From: Glycera tridactyla
Lineage: Eukaryota
Length of the DNA stretch: 64,000 nucleotides
Assembly: GCA_965644265.1 (NCBI GenBank)
Contig: OZ286465.1
Location: forward strand, 78,678,001-78,742,000
Direction of reading: 5' to 3'
Shown here: positions 50,101-59,114 of the stretch, one piece after another
Layout: every line of letters begins with the position of its first letter
Position numbering within the stretch: position 1 is the stretch's first letter
Made by a program: the position numbers and the translations under genes
The notes under the pieces: model-generated
Databases searched by the model: none
Told to the model about the DNA's origin: nothing
The model's input: the letters and a program-made list of their open reading frames with translations, nothing else

Positions 50101-53100
50101 TTCTTCTCATCACCTCAGTGAATACAAGTGCATTTTTCATTTCCTTCTTCCATTGAAGAACTCTTGTTACTTTGTTTTCCAGAATAATACTGGGAAGACC
50201 AGATGTAATATTTTCTTTCAGTAAAAAAAAGATTTCAAAATGTTCAGCATGAGGTGAATTTTCATAAAAGAAAAAATGAATGCTCGACTGAATATGTTAG
50301 TTCGTGCAATGACCGATACATATTCTGAAACTAAAACAAATCTTTTAGTGTTTATTTGGGTTGTCTTTAAAATTTCTTCCATGTGAAAGATCATGATTGT
50401 GGATTTTCCAGGAGTTGGCTTCGAATAAGTGATATCTAAAATTGAGATTGCCCCAGAAATAAAATGGAAAAATGAGTGTGTTTTCAATTTGAGCTCTGAT
50501 TTCAGAATTGACTGTTTTTTGTCTTTTGTTGTAGTTACCTCCACGCCAAGATGATCATCCATCGAGACCTCAAGTCAAATAGTATCCTTTCGACTAGTGG
50601 TGTCACGATTATCGATTAATTCCCGATTATTGATTGATCTTGGTGGCCAAATAGACAATTGATTGCAGAGATGTGGAATCGATTGAATTGGAACACAGTC
50701 AGCACATATATTTCAATGGAAAATCCAGCCTTTTTTTATGAAAAAAAGCTATGGATTTCCTGTGAAGTCAAAATAATGTCATCTTGCTCCATCCAAAACA
50801 AATCCTATACCCTAGGAGACAACTTTGCATACATCTTTGTATATGTGTGATTGTGGAGACAAAACACCGATTATAATTGATGATCGATCGGTTGGGCTAA
50901 CCGATAATCGATTCTCAAAATGCAACCGATTCCCAACACTACTTTCGACAAACACTCACAAGTAATGATGTCGATATGTTCAGTGGTAGTGAAAGCATAT
51001 TCGATTGGTGGGATTTCTGGATGTTCAAACATTGCAGATCTGGAATATCTTACTCAAGAATTGGACAGCTTTTCTGCTTCATTGATTGTAAGATAGATGT
51101 TGGACATCTCTTTTTGGCACGCATGCGGAGCAAAATGCGTGTCTATGTAATGGCGCAGATTCCGTCTGTCCGGCCGTTTGGCCGTGTGGCGTAAACTTCC
51201 TGGTTAAAGTTTTTGGTTAAAGTTTTTCTTTGAGCTACTACTCTGTAACTAATCAAGCAATATTTCTGAAATTTTGCAATCATAAAGATCATGAGCGGCA
51301 GAATACTGGGTATCAATATTGTTCCAATGACTTTCATGGAAGATGAGTTATTCAGGCTGGAATCCTGAATTTTAAAGCAACTTTCTACCAGCAGAATAGG
51401 AAAGAGTGGACTATATGATGTCTATTACCGAGGCTGTTATGTAATGACACTGCCGGTCCTCTGAATGGAGCCTTGTCACATTTCGTCCTCGGTTATATAA
51501 CTGTCTTTGCACCAAGTGGAGTCTTCACATATCAGCAGAGCTGTCTGATCTCTTGATTGAACTGTGGTGGGCAGGGCAGGAGGTGGGGGCAGCAGCGAGT
51601 GGCCATGGGATGGGGTGGGGGGGGGGGCAGTTGTAGCAGGATTGATTGCACCTGGGTTGGGGGGGGGGGGGGGGGGCTAGGACAGTGAGAACGCTTGGAG
51701 CTACATTCACCAGATTTACACCATATATGCACAATTGAAAGCAAAAGAAGCCCATAAAATGGTGAGTGACCTTGATCTCCATCTCCCAGGTCATGACCTT
51801 GTTACTGCAATTACTTGAGAATGCTTGGAGCAAAAGATTATGCTTGCTAGATTCAGCTGCTTGGATGAATTAGCGGCGCACATGCGTGCCATTTGTGCAT
51901 TTATGCCTTGTTTGACAGGCGTACAGTGACACCTGCAACGAGTGACCGCCCTAAATGTCACCAAAAAGTGGTCTCTCAAAGGAGGTGGTCTCTCGTCAGA
52001 GGTATATTTGACTATGTCAAATAAAAAAGCTGCCCTGGAAAAGGGGTCTCCCGTTGGAGGCAGTCTCTTGTCGGGGGTCTCTCGTCAGGTTTCACTGAAT
52101 CACTGCATTAGTCACAAAAAGATGCATAAATCATATACTTGAGCAGTAAGACAAAGCTTGTTTGCTGCTACAACATGTTCACCTCAATTGTTTATTTGGC
52201 TAGGATGCAAGCACAATGCAGAAAATTGGCGTGTTAACATTATGGGATAAATGAGCAGAGAAGGCTCATGAATCTAATTGTTCCAATCGCAGGTTTCAAG
52301 CTCATTCATGAGTGTGACTATATGAAAGAGACCAAACAATCTTGTCTCAGGGCTCTACACTTAGAGCTGCCCTACTGACACAGACCGTCAGATCTGTTAT
52401 TGAAGCAGGTGATTTTACTGATCAGTCTGCCCAAAAGCGAAAATGGTGGGTGACAATCCCTCTACACCTCTTCAGGCAACAGCTGACCAAAAAGTTAATG
52501 TAGAGCCCCTGGTTGTCATTCTTTGTGATTCTCATTTTTGTAACACTGTCTTTGTCATATGCTCAGTTTCCCTTAACCTGCACCTCAGATATATTCTTGC
52601 ATGATGATATGACAGTAAAAATAGGTGATTTTGGTCTGGCAACAGTGAAGACAAGATGGAGTGGTTCACATCAGTTTTGCCAACCTACAGGATCCATTTT
52701 ATGGATGGTATGTTTTGTTCTCATCTGCCTAGGAACTGAACACATGTGTTTGGACTGCGTTATGTACTTCCACTTAATACCCTCTCTGACCTGCCATCAT
52801 CTTGTGTTTAGGGATTGTGAGAGTGATGCCTGTAGGTGAAAGAGCATCCAGCTTTCATAGATCAGGAACATGTGAAGTACATGGTCCTCTGGGTTAATAC
52901 ATGCTGTTAAATGCCAGCCAATTAATTGATGGTCTTCAAAGATCTATTCATCCTCATAATTTGCATTTATGTATATTCAGTTCACTATGAATTTACAATA
53001 AAACTATATAAAACATCAGATTCAAGCCTTAGTTTCAGTTTGCTCAAATATCAAGAAATAAAACATTATGATTTACAAGGTTTTGTTTCAATTTAATCAT

Positions 53101-53355
53101 ATATTCTTGAGACCTGTGGAGTAGTTGCAGGACTATACTTACGGGGTCTTTTTTCTGTCTTGTTACAGGCTCCTGAGGTGATCCGGATGAAGGAAGAGAA
53201 CCCTTACACGTTCCAGTCTGATGTCTATGCGTTCGGTATAGTTTTATATGAACTCATGACGGGCCAGCTGCCTTACAGACACATCAATAATAAAGATCAG
53301 GTGAGGAATTCATTCACCAACTCTGCTAACTCCAACACCATGCTTCATCTCCATA

Positions 53356-53430
<75 letters not shown>

Positions 53431-55666
53431 GTCTTTCCCCCTACCTCTCTTCCTCCCTTGATCGATCAATCAAATTCCAAACAGATCGACCGACTGAACA
53501 TCTGACCGATAGATCAGGAAGTAATGAAGCAGTGTGAGCAAGATGGCAATTACCTGTGATTTTTACTGCACGCCCAGCAATGCCCTCTAACTGACAAATC
53601 ATCCTCTATAGATAGATATTTCATCGTTAGGTCAGTCAGGTTTATGTGATGTGTGTAGAGGTGTGTCTGACTTGTCAGCTACTTGACTCGAGGGAATGAA
53701 GCATGCACTAGGAACATACTTTGTTATTGATATTACTTCATACATGATTGTTTAAAACAACCCGTGAAGATCACAGGCAAAATACATGTAGAGTTGAACC
53801 TCTCTATAAAGACCACCTACGGTCGCATCAAAAAGTGGCCTTCATAGGGAGTCTATCTTTATAGAGAGGCCATTTACTGTTTGAAATACTACCACGGTCG
53901 CAGCTCTGGGCAGTCTTTATAGGGAGGTGGTCTTTATAGAGAGGTGGTCTTTAGAGGAGGTTCGACTGTACATCATACATATTCCTCTAGTTTGTACTTG
54001 AAGCTATCTTCAAAGAGTCTTTCAATCCAATGAACAATTGATGAGATGAATTGATTTATCATCAATGACAGAAATATCAATCATAATAATAATCTAACCT
54101 TCTTCTGTTTCATTTGTAAGGCACTTGTGAACATTGTAGAAATGAAAATCACTATTATTACACATTCTTGTATAACTTATGCTCCATCTTGCAGATATTA
54201 TTTATGGTAGGAAAAGGTTACTTAAGGCCTGATCTTCATCTGGTGAAAAATTCTACACCAAAGGCTTTCAAGCGTATGATGCAGGAGAGTATTAAATACA
54301 ATCGTGATGAGCGACCTTTGTTCCATCAGGTGAGTGACCAGCGGATAAGTCGACATTCCAGGCAACAAATTCTAGTATTATCAATGTGTACCTATTTTGG
54401 GAATCAATTAGTTGGGTTTCATTTTGTAACCAGTGTTCATTTCGATCAATCAATCCATTATACAGTGAAGCAAGTTTTCAGGAATTTCTGAATTCAGGAA
54501 ATTTGTCATGGAATTCAAAATCCAACAGTTTCTGGAATTGAGCTGGAAGTTTCAAATCTGGTGCATTTAGAAGTGTGTGTGTGTGTGGGCGGGGGGGGGG
54601 GGGGGGGGGGTCAGGAAATTTTGTCAGGTTTCAGGCAATTCTGTTTTAGTGCATTTGCATCACTGATTATGATCAAGGTTCAGTCAATACTTGAATGAGA
54701 AAGATTTGGTGTATGGAGAATGATGACTGAAATGAGAAGGCACAGGTACTGGAGGGTGAATGATGGACAAGTATATTTGAAAAAAAAACCTGATGACTAG
54801 GCCTTGTTTGTTTCAGAAAAATTAATTTGATGACAGATGTAAAAAATCTAAAGCAATAATAGAATTAATTCTGATAAGGTAGCATGAATTTATAATCGAA
54901 AGCCATTCCAATCGATTAAATTGACTTTGGAGCAAAATACTTCCTTGGTCTTGGACATGATCTTGCATCCATGATATTTGTCACATATATTGACTCATAC
55001 ATTTCAAGGAATCTGAAAGCCTATTAATGTGCAATGAGTGAGTCATGAAGTATATTGATATCACTCGAGATGTGTTCCCACCACCAGATAGTCATGTATT
55101 CTTGTAAGTTCTGTGAATTCTCACCAATACAGAAGACCGAAGAAGTTTTTCCATAGGAAATAGATTGTTCTTGGTTCCAAGATGATTCATGTTGAAATCA
55201 TTTTCACTTACTTTGGAATGATGTTTTGAAATGGTCACAACGTTTTCGACCACTCTACATGCAGTCTTTGTCATGTTAGGGATTAGTGGCCGTAGCTCGC
55301 TGCTCAGGTAGGAGACATTTGTAGACCGGGGGGAGCTACTAATCCATCATGTGACCAACACCACTTGTAGAGTGGTTGAAACGTTGCAGACTCTCTGAAA
55401 GATCTTTCCTGAGTATGTGGAAATGATTTGAACAAGCTTTGCAATGATGTTGTTTCTTTCTCTTACAGCTGTTGGCCTCATTAGAGAACTTACTGCGGTC
55501 TCTACCCAAGATCCACCGGAGTGCATCAGAGCCCACGTTCAATCGGACGTATCTACAATCAGAAGATTCTGACTATATGTATACTTGCGCATCCCCGAAG
55601 ACTCCAATCAACAGCCAGTTTGGTGCATTCCCTTTCTTCACAACCGCCAGCAACAACTTACTCTAG
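7695..55666 (+). CDS. raf: Raf serine/threonine kinase (B-Raf-like), spliced CDS, 5' partial: join(7695-8033,20118-20221,21419-21530,22629-22813,26837-26999,32606-32669,47760-47923,48865-49067,49908-50084,50535-50581,52589-52707,53169-53300,54195-54329,55469-55666)
   Basis: The exons join in frame with GT-AG ends (2142 nt). Motifs: LPNQQKT..VRPG (RBD), [15 protein letters not shown] (C1), [51 protein letters not shown]. Confidence 0.97.
8244..8459. mobile_element. CAGGG-ended MITE, family A (inverted relative to 533-754)
   Basis: TIR cagggctctac/gtagagccctg; internal ggcaggt/acctgcc motifs. Confidence 0.85.
9000..9190 (-). mobile_element. Very degraded reverse-transcriptase fragment
   Basis: Antisense MSRAFDRV (9110-9133) resembles the RT motif DLSKAFDRV; downstream GIP. 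Confidence 0.3.
9198..9377. mobile_element. TA-flanked CAGT-TIR MITE
   Basis: tacagtaaaacctg ... caggttctactgta. Confidence 0.8.
9505..9870 (+). mobile_element. Helentron-like fragment
   Basis: T-run + hairpin ccgct-cttgaaaa-agcgg, cgtccatccgtcc microsatellite, aaggtcaaggtcac motifs (also at 16320-16560). Confidence 0.55.
10130..11128 (+). mobile_element. L2/CR1-group LINE remnant, internally deleted, with 3' tail
   Basis: [40 protein letters not shown], then LHWLP...FKIL..TYKAL...LRS and FKS.LKTHLF; 3' aagcgcctttgag..aaggcgctata hairpin and (ATT)n(AGT)n tail. Confidence 0.88.
11176..12544. mobile_element. Long (1.37 kb) TA-flanked CAGT-TIR non-autonomous element with a nested 144-bp insertion (12366-12509)
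   Basis: tacagtaaaacctgtga ... tcacaggttttactgta; nested piece has TIR cagtgatgaaagtt/aactttcatccctg and a ttttag duplication. Confidence 0.85.
12836..13156. mobile_element. Two adjacent CAGT-TIR MITEs (12836-12983 aaagacc-type; 12985-13156 gagacc-type)
   Basis: Repeated gaccacct/aggtggtc motifs and TA-flanked ends. Confidence 0.8.
13447..13611. mobile_element. CAGT-TIR MITE (aaagacc-type, diverged)
   Basis: cagttgaacctg ... caagtttgactgta. Confidence 0.75.
13791..13863. repeat. (GA)n/(GGGA)n microsatellite
   Basis: Direct reading. Confidence 0.95.
15707..15839. other. Assembly gap (133 N)
   Basis: N run next to a (CT/GT) microsatellite. Confidence 0.99.
16836..17186 (+). CDS. Candidate alternative first (or cassette) exon of raf, 117 aa, Ser/Pro-rich with an acidic patch, phase 0
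   Basis: Open frame 16791-17195 in an AT-rich intron; acgATGg Kozak; CAG|GTAAGA donor in frame with exon 20118. Confidence 0.65.
17560..18230. mobile_element. CpG-rich non-autonomous DNA element, family B (left end degraded)
   Basis: Right end ttactgaaaatgg repeats + ggaggttggcagccctg, and left attccgcatt..gtacga, shared with 38679-39222. Confidence 0.7.
20118..20221 (+). CDS. raf: Raf exon: RBD core ([34 protein letters not shown]), phase 0-2
   Basis: tttacag acceptor, AAG|GTGAGT donor; 104 nt, the same as the recalled size of human BRAF exon 4. Confidence 0.96.
21419..21530 (+). CDS. raf: Raf exon: RBD end to C1 start ([20 protein letters not shown]...SHNF), phase 2-0
   Basis: catttcag acceptor, TTC|GTAAGT donor; matches W.TDI..L.G.EL.VE...HNF. 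Confidence 0.95.
22629..22813 (+). CDS. raf: Raf exon: C1/cysteine-rich domain ([43 protein letters not shown]...), phase 0-2
   Basis: tgtttcag acceptor, ACA|GTATGT donor; all C1 zinc ligands present; phase fits the next exon. Confidence 0.96.
23024..23187. mobile_element. TA-flanked CAGT-TIR MITE (gagacc-type)
   Basis: tacagtaaaacctgtc ... gacaggtttcactgta. Confidence 0.85.
24050..25790 (+). mobile_element. Helentron-associated (HINE/DINE-like) non-autonomous element carrying tandem arrays
   Basis: 5' hairpin tcaac-gaa-gttga, (CGGCGT)n microsatellite 24095-24143, then three units of about 170 bp and a 147-bp array. Confidence 0.65.
24945..25760. repeat. 147-bp tandem repeat, about 5.5 copies
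   Basis: The ttcag anchor ends at 25010, 25157, 25305, 25452, 25599 and 25736. Confidence 0.95.
25807..26011. mobile_element. CAGGG-ended MITE, family A
   Basis: Colinear with 533-754; flanked by a tactg duplication. Confidence 0.85.
26837..26999 (+). CDS. raf: Raf exon: CR2 with 14-3-3 site ([10 protein letters not shown]), phase 2-0
   Basis: gatttcag acceptor, GAG|GTATGT donor; RSTSAP corresponds to C-Raf S259 / B-Raf S365. Confidence 0.95.
27263..27298 (+). CDS. Candidate 36-nt cassette exon ([12 protein letters not shown]), phase 0-0
   Basis: tctttatcattttcag acceptor, CAG|GTCGGA donor (weak); lies in a CpG-enriched patch. Confidence 0.4.
28400..31900 (-). mobile_element. Probable ancient antisense LINE debris
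   Basis: Scattered ORF2 C-terminal-like motifs across many stops and frameshifts; by eye only. Confidence 0.2.
30900..31020. repeat. Imperfect (CA)n microsatellite
   Basis: Direct reading. Confidence 0.9.
32045..32099. repeat. (TA)n microsatellite
   Basis: Direct reading. Confidence 0.97.
32606..32669 (+). CDS. raf: Raf small hinge exon ((DPYFLQ)[16 protein letters not shown]), phase 0-1; second in-frame acceptor gives a start at 32624
   Basis: A phase 0-to-1 bridge is required between 26999 and 47760. Strong acceptors (tttctcatttctag; ttatttcttgcag) and a CAG|GTAGGC donor. No sequence homology used. Confidence 0.75.
34400..35000 (-). mobile_element. Very degraded antisense LINE ORF2 remnant
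   Basis: RYLGDVI (34919-34939) followed by AFYGS and LHLIDTG-like motifs across stops. Confidence 0.3.
36822..36998. mobile_element. TA-flanked CAGT-TIR MITE (gagacc-type)
   Basis: Near-identical to 42311-42490 and 51922-52098. Confidence 0.88.
38679..39222. mobile_element. CpG-rich non-autonomous DNA element, family B
   Basis: Perfect 12-bp TIR cagggctgccaa/ttggcagccctg; internal duplication of about 96 bp. Confidence 0.85.
39848..40778. repeat. 73-bp minisatellite with higher-order duplication (118-bp MITE-derived head + 8 units; head again at 40517 + about 2.7 units)
   Basis: tacaggcc anchors at 39966, 40039, 40112, 40185, 40258, 40331, 40404 and 40477. Confidence 0.95.
41385..41552 (+). 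CDS. Candidate 168-nt cassette exon, phase 1-1
   Basis: tctcgcctttgcag acceptor; 56 open codons in the required phase; AAG|GTATCG donor (weak); CpG-enriched. Confidence 0.55.
42311..42490. mobile_element. TA-flanked CAGT-TIR MITE (gagacc-type, best-preserved copy)
   Basis: Long TIR tacagtgaaacctgcgacgagagacc / ggtctctcgtcgcaggtttcactgta. Confidence 0.92.
44073..44324 (+). CDS. Candidate 252-nt cassette exon, phase 1-1
   Basis: ctcttgttgtag acceptor; 84 open codons in the required phase; CTG|GTAAGA donor; GC/CpG-rich relative to flanks. Confidence 0.7.
47191..47372. mobile_element. TA-flanked CAGT-TIR MITE (aaagacc-type)
   Basis: tacagtcgaacc ... ggttcgactgta; inverse-oriented relative of 53789-53970. 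Confidence 0.88.
47760..47923 (+). CDS. raf: Raf pre-kinase hinge exon ([10 protein letters not shown]...[26 protein letters not shown]), phase 1-0
   Basis: RPRARSA motif typical of invertebrate Rafs, CTG|GTAAGT donor; acceptor choice (cacaag) less certain. Confidence 0.85.
48865..49067 (+). CDS. raf: Raf exon: N-region, Gly-loop, VAVK, alphaC ([14 protein letters not shown]...GSGSFGTVY...FKNEVAVL), phase 0-2
   Basis: cttgtag acceptor, TAG|GTAAGT donor; near-identical to B-Raf subdomains I-III. Confidence 0.97.
49908..50084 (+). CDS. raf: Raf kinase exon ([12 protein letters not shown]...QWCEGSSLY...TAQGM), phase 2-2
   Basis: gtttcag acceptor, GGA|GTGAGT donor; 177 nt. Confidence 0.98.
50535..50581 (+). 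CDS. raf: Raf catalytic-loop exon ([15 protein letters not shown]), 47 nt, phase 2-1
   Basis: ttgttgtag acceptor; missed by the ORF track; followed by the U12-type donor GTATCCTTT. Confidence 0.97.
50595..50941. mobile_element. hAT-type MITE with perfect 8-bp TSD (ctttcgac)
   Basis: TSD at 50587-50594 and 50942-50949; imperfect TIR tagtggtg/caacacta; internal cgattatcgatt motifs. 8-bp TSDs are typical of hAT. Confidence 0.88.
51111..51870 (+). mobile_element. Helentron-like fragments inside the U12 intron
   Basis: T-run + gcacgcat..atgcgtg hairpin, ccgtctgtccggccg, ggttaaagtttt repeats; second hairpin ccgagg..cctcgg near 51425-51500. Confidence 0.45.
51922..52098. mobile_element. CAGT-TIR MITE (gagacc-type) in the U12 intron
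   Basis: Homologous to 42311-42490. Confidence 0.85.
52348..52511. mobile_element. Diverged CAGGG-ended MITE, family A, inside the U12 intron
   Basis: cagggctctacac ... atgtagagcccctg. Confidence 0.7.
52589..52707 (+). CDS. raf: Raf activation-segment exon ([39 protein letters not shown]), 119 nt, phase 1-0
   Basis: cacctcag acceptor, ATG|GTATGT donor; V600-equivalent is Val. Confidence 0.98.
53169..53300 (+). CDS. raf: Raf kinase exon (APEVIRM...[20 protein letters not shown]...KDQ), 132 nt
   Basis: tgttacag acceptor, CAG|GTGAGG donor. Confidence 0.98.
53356..53430. repeat. (TGTC)n microsatellite
   Basis: Direct reading. Confidence 0.97.
53789..53970. mobile_element. CAGT-TIR MITE (aaagacc-type)
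   Basis: gttgaacctctctataaagaccacc ... gaggttcgactgta. Confidence 0.85.
54195..54329 (+). CDS. raf: Raf kinase exon ([14 protein letters not shown]...RDERPLFHQ), 135 nt
   Basis: cttgcag acceptor, CAG|GTGAGT donor. Confidence 0.97.
54463..54665. mobile_element. caggaaattt-rich MITE, family C, with a central (GT)n-G20 run
   Basis: Colinear with 5561-5728. Confidence 0.8.
55469..55666 (+). CDS. raf: Raf last coding exon ([17 protein letters not shown]...CASPKTP...stop TAG)
   Basis: tctttctcttacag acceptor; RSASEP C-terminal 14-3-3 site and SPKTP ERK-feedback motif. Confidence 0.97.
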   Translation: MLASLENLLRSLPKIHRSASEPTFNRTYLQSEDSDYMYTCASPKTPINSQFGAFPFFTTASNNLL

Positions 55667-57800
55667 ATGCCACGGCAAGAACGCAGGACTGTGCCCGCAA
55701 GATGCAGCATCTGATTCACAGCGTATCAAGCTTGACAGCTCTCTTCTCTTCTTGATCGGGTTTAATTCACATTCTGGGCATCCCCCACTCCTTAAAATAG
55801 ACACCATTATTGCTAGAGATATCAGACGCAAGACATTAATATCAATCAATGTTTCTAGTGTTCAATTCAACAAAAATTGAAATGAATTGGTAAGATTTCA
55901 ATAGCGGAATTAAGACAAAGTGGAAGCTTTGAGTATGTTAGATGGAGGCACTTAGTATCAATTTTACACCACCAGTGCAACTCTTTCTCTTCAATAGTCT
56001 CTTTCATGAAGTCTCAAAACAAGGCACAGGTGTGATGTTACTGCTTTCACGCCTGGTTTTGCGGTATTTCCAAGGAATGATGAATTATTTGTTGCATCTT
56101 GTCTCAGTAATGTGTTCTTGCTGTTTCCCTGCATTATTTGTATGTAAATAGTAAGCGATTTCTTTGACAGCAATAGTGGCCCAGGGCATGGCCTGCAATA
56201 TTTAATACAGTGAAATCTGTGATGAGAGACTGCCCTAAAATGTCACCATGAAGCTGGCTCTCAAAAAAGATTGTTTCTTGTCAGAGGTACATGACTATAC
56301 CGCATAGAAAAAATATCATGGAAAAGCGGGATTAATCCCAGTTAGTTTCTCATCAGGGGTCTCCCATCCCAGGCTCCACTGTATCTCCACATTCTGATTT
56401 TGCTATTGCTCGAATTTAAATGTATTATGACTATTTTCGAAGGGAAACTACTCGCACCTTCCTCATTGAATTCCACCGAAAATAGGTGTTGAATCACTCT
56501 TTGCAAATATCACATCAAATTCAGTTTTTCCTAATAGTGATATCATATTTGGGGAAACATATTGGAAATGTAATTGGTCTATGTTGTCTATTCCCATCAC
56601 GGAAAATGATGTTACTTCAGATATTCAGAAGTATATTGGGGGATTACATGATGATTTCATCATAGTAAGTTCATGTAACAATATCTCCAGTTGTTGGAGA
56701 AGATTGAAAGAGAAAGTATCCATCATGTCACTTTCATTTGTCACCTTCTTGAGGTGTTTTTTCAAATCAACTTTGTGTGCCAATCATGTGCTAATTCTCA
56801 TGAGGTGTAACCCAGGATGAGATGCCATTGGGAAATGACCAGTCCAGAATGAATTCTCAGTGGGGAGATTCTCCAAATATGATGGTCAACTCATCTTCAT
56901 TGAACTATTTGGAAAAATTTTCATAGGATGGACACACCTTCATAGCTGTCTTTTGACGTCCAACATGTCTATTTACTTGAAAAAGTGGGTGGCTTACGGC
57001 CAATTCCACCCCATGGTGCCAATCAGCACCTTTTCACCATTACTGAAGTACCTCCTCTCTTCATACAATATCTAGTTTTGCATTCACATATGTACGGCAA
57101 GTTATTCACTGCCGTCATGGATTTTGATCTGCCTAAAAGAGACTATGTTGAAGGACAACCTTTTTCAATGATCTTGATTTTTGAGATGTTTTATCTCCAG
57201 ATAGCTTGACGGTGACAAAGACACATACAACCTTCAGCAAGGGCTACACAGGTATATCCATGAGGGCACATAACTGGACTTGAATCAGGCAATCCATGAT
57301 TGAGACAACATTTTGCATTGAGTTTCTTCTTCCTGAATTCACGAATCTTTGCCTCAGTCAAGGATCCATGAAGGCAGTGCTTACTAGCCATCTATTCGAA
57401 CCTCTGATCATGAAAGTTGAAGACAGATATCCTTTTCCATTCACCTATTACGTATCCAAGGTCTTTCAAAATCTGTCAATCATATTTCTCAATTTTAACA
57501 TGTTAGTTTCTCCCATCTCACAAATATCCCCGAATTACTGCAGACGCTGGTATCTCAGCAGGAGAGAGTTAAAAAAAATAAGTGCAAGAATTAGTTTGAG
57601 AATAGTAGAAATCATGACTGCACAGAACAAAGCGAAAGATTATGCCATGGTCAAGAATGAGTATCAATGTTCAGGGGCTTACTGTTGCTGCATTTCCTTT
57701 GTGTTTATTTCCGTGTAGGGGTTGTATTTTTTCCTCACTAAATTTTTTTTAGTAATGTCCAATGAAAACCTGTAAATATTGTGTATATGTACATAGTGAT
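55667..57800 (+). other. raf: Probable raf 3' UTR (end not defined)
   Basis: Follows the stop codon; U-rich tracts and TGTANATA motifs at 56143, 57771 and 57788; no clear AATAAA found by eye. Confidence 0.4.
56206..56383. mobile_element. Diverged CAGT-TIR MITE in the probable 3' UTR
   Basis: tacagtgaaatctgtgatgagagac ... aggctccactgta; further degraded copies at 34201-34351 and 62892-63240. Confidence 0.75.
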
Positions 57801-58983
57801 ATTGTGATGGACTACAAGAGGTCACTTTCTAGTGGGAATGTTACAGTGCCACCTTCTGGTCGTTGAGGACAACTTGAAACTGTGTCATTGAGTGTCCTTG
57901 TGATCATCCTCCGCATTCCAAATTTATGGGGGCGGCCATCTTGAAAAATCAGTTACCATTAAGGCGATGCTGTTTTGCAGCTCTGTGCTTGGGTTCCTCC
58001 TAAGATGAGCACCGGTGATTTATCTTGAGAATAGTCATATTGCGGGTGATATCATTTGTTAGGTTCCAAAGATGCCATTCATTGGCTAAGGGTACCTGGC
58101 GCAATTTGGTACTCATTCAATAGACTTGAATTGCAATTATCCTCTGTAGGTGTTCAGGGTTTGTGAGAGTGATGCCTGCAGGGGCAGAGCATTCAGCTTT
58201 CATGGGTCTGGGACACACAGCATACATAATCCTTCTGGTTTATCCGTACTAATCAACCCCACTCAATCAATTATTTGAAGTCCAACTCGATGGGACACAT
58301 TATCAGTCATGGCTATGTGGTGGCACTGTATACTGCGAGGTTTTATTCCAGGTTGTATGATATTTATGTTGAATGAATGTGATATCGTCAGAATGGGAGG
58401 TATGCCTGAAATCCCAGATGCTTGCTCAGTGACTCCAGTTCACATTCCCCTTTGTATCCTTCAATTCATCTGTGACGATACTCTGCATTGAAGATTTTAC
58501 AAACAAGGAAAACCCCATATCCAGTAATCGACTATCATCTTACCTCATCTGTTTTATGAATGACTACCCTGTGATTCCGTTTTTTCAGGATCCTTCAATA
58601 TCATCTCTGCATTATTTCAAGGCCTTAGTTGAAAATATGCATAGAATTGGCTATTTCGGCCAATTAATATTATGGTGAATATTCAATGGATTCTGACAGG
58701 ACTTATGTTCAGGGTTTGTGAGAGTGATGTCTACAGGGGCGAGAATATACATTTATAGATCATCTGCAATATCTCAAAGAGGATCATGATAGGGCTATTT
58801 CTCAGCAGTATGATTTGTTTAATAATTTAGGCACCATTGAAAACAGTATCTAACATAAGTGGGAAAAGTACACTTATACCAATATCTGCGGATTTGTTTA
58901 TTAATTTAGGCACCATTGAAAACAGTATCTACCATAAGTGAGAAAAGTACACTTATACCAATATCTGCGGATTTGTGTTTGTG

Positions 58984-59114
58984 NNNNNNNNNNNNNNNNN
59001 NNNNNNNNNNNNNNNNNNNNNNNNNNNNNNNNNNNNNNNNNNNNNNNNNNNNNNNNNNNNNNNNNNNNNNNNNNNNNNNNNNNNNNNNNNNNNNNNNNNN
59101 NNNNNNNNNNNNNN
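58984..59114. other. Assembly gap (131 N)
   Basis: N run next to a 79-bp tandem duplication. Confidence 0.99.

Larger units (their letters stand above)
50582..52588 (+). other. U12-type (minor spliceosome) GT-AG intron
   Basis: 5'ss GTATCCTTT (50582-50590); branch site TTTCCCTTAAC (52567-52577) about 12 nt before the terminal AG; no long polypyrimidine tract between branch site and AG. Confidence 0.93.

Noticed and set aside
533-52511. Assigning the CAGGG-ended MITEs to hAT or P by TSD length
   Set aside because: Flank duplications are inconsistent (5-8 bp, imperfect), so the superfamily is left open
58812-58983. 79-bp tandem duplication
   Set aside because: Abuts a scaffold gap; likely an unresolved repeat or contig-end artefact
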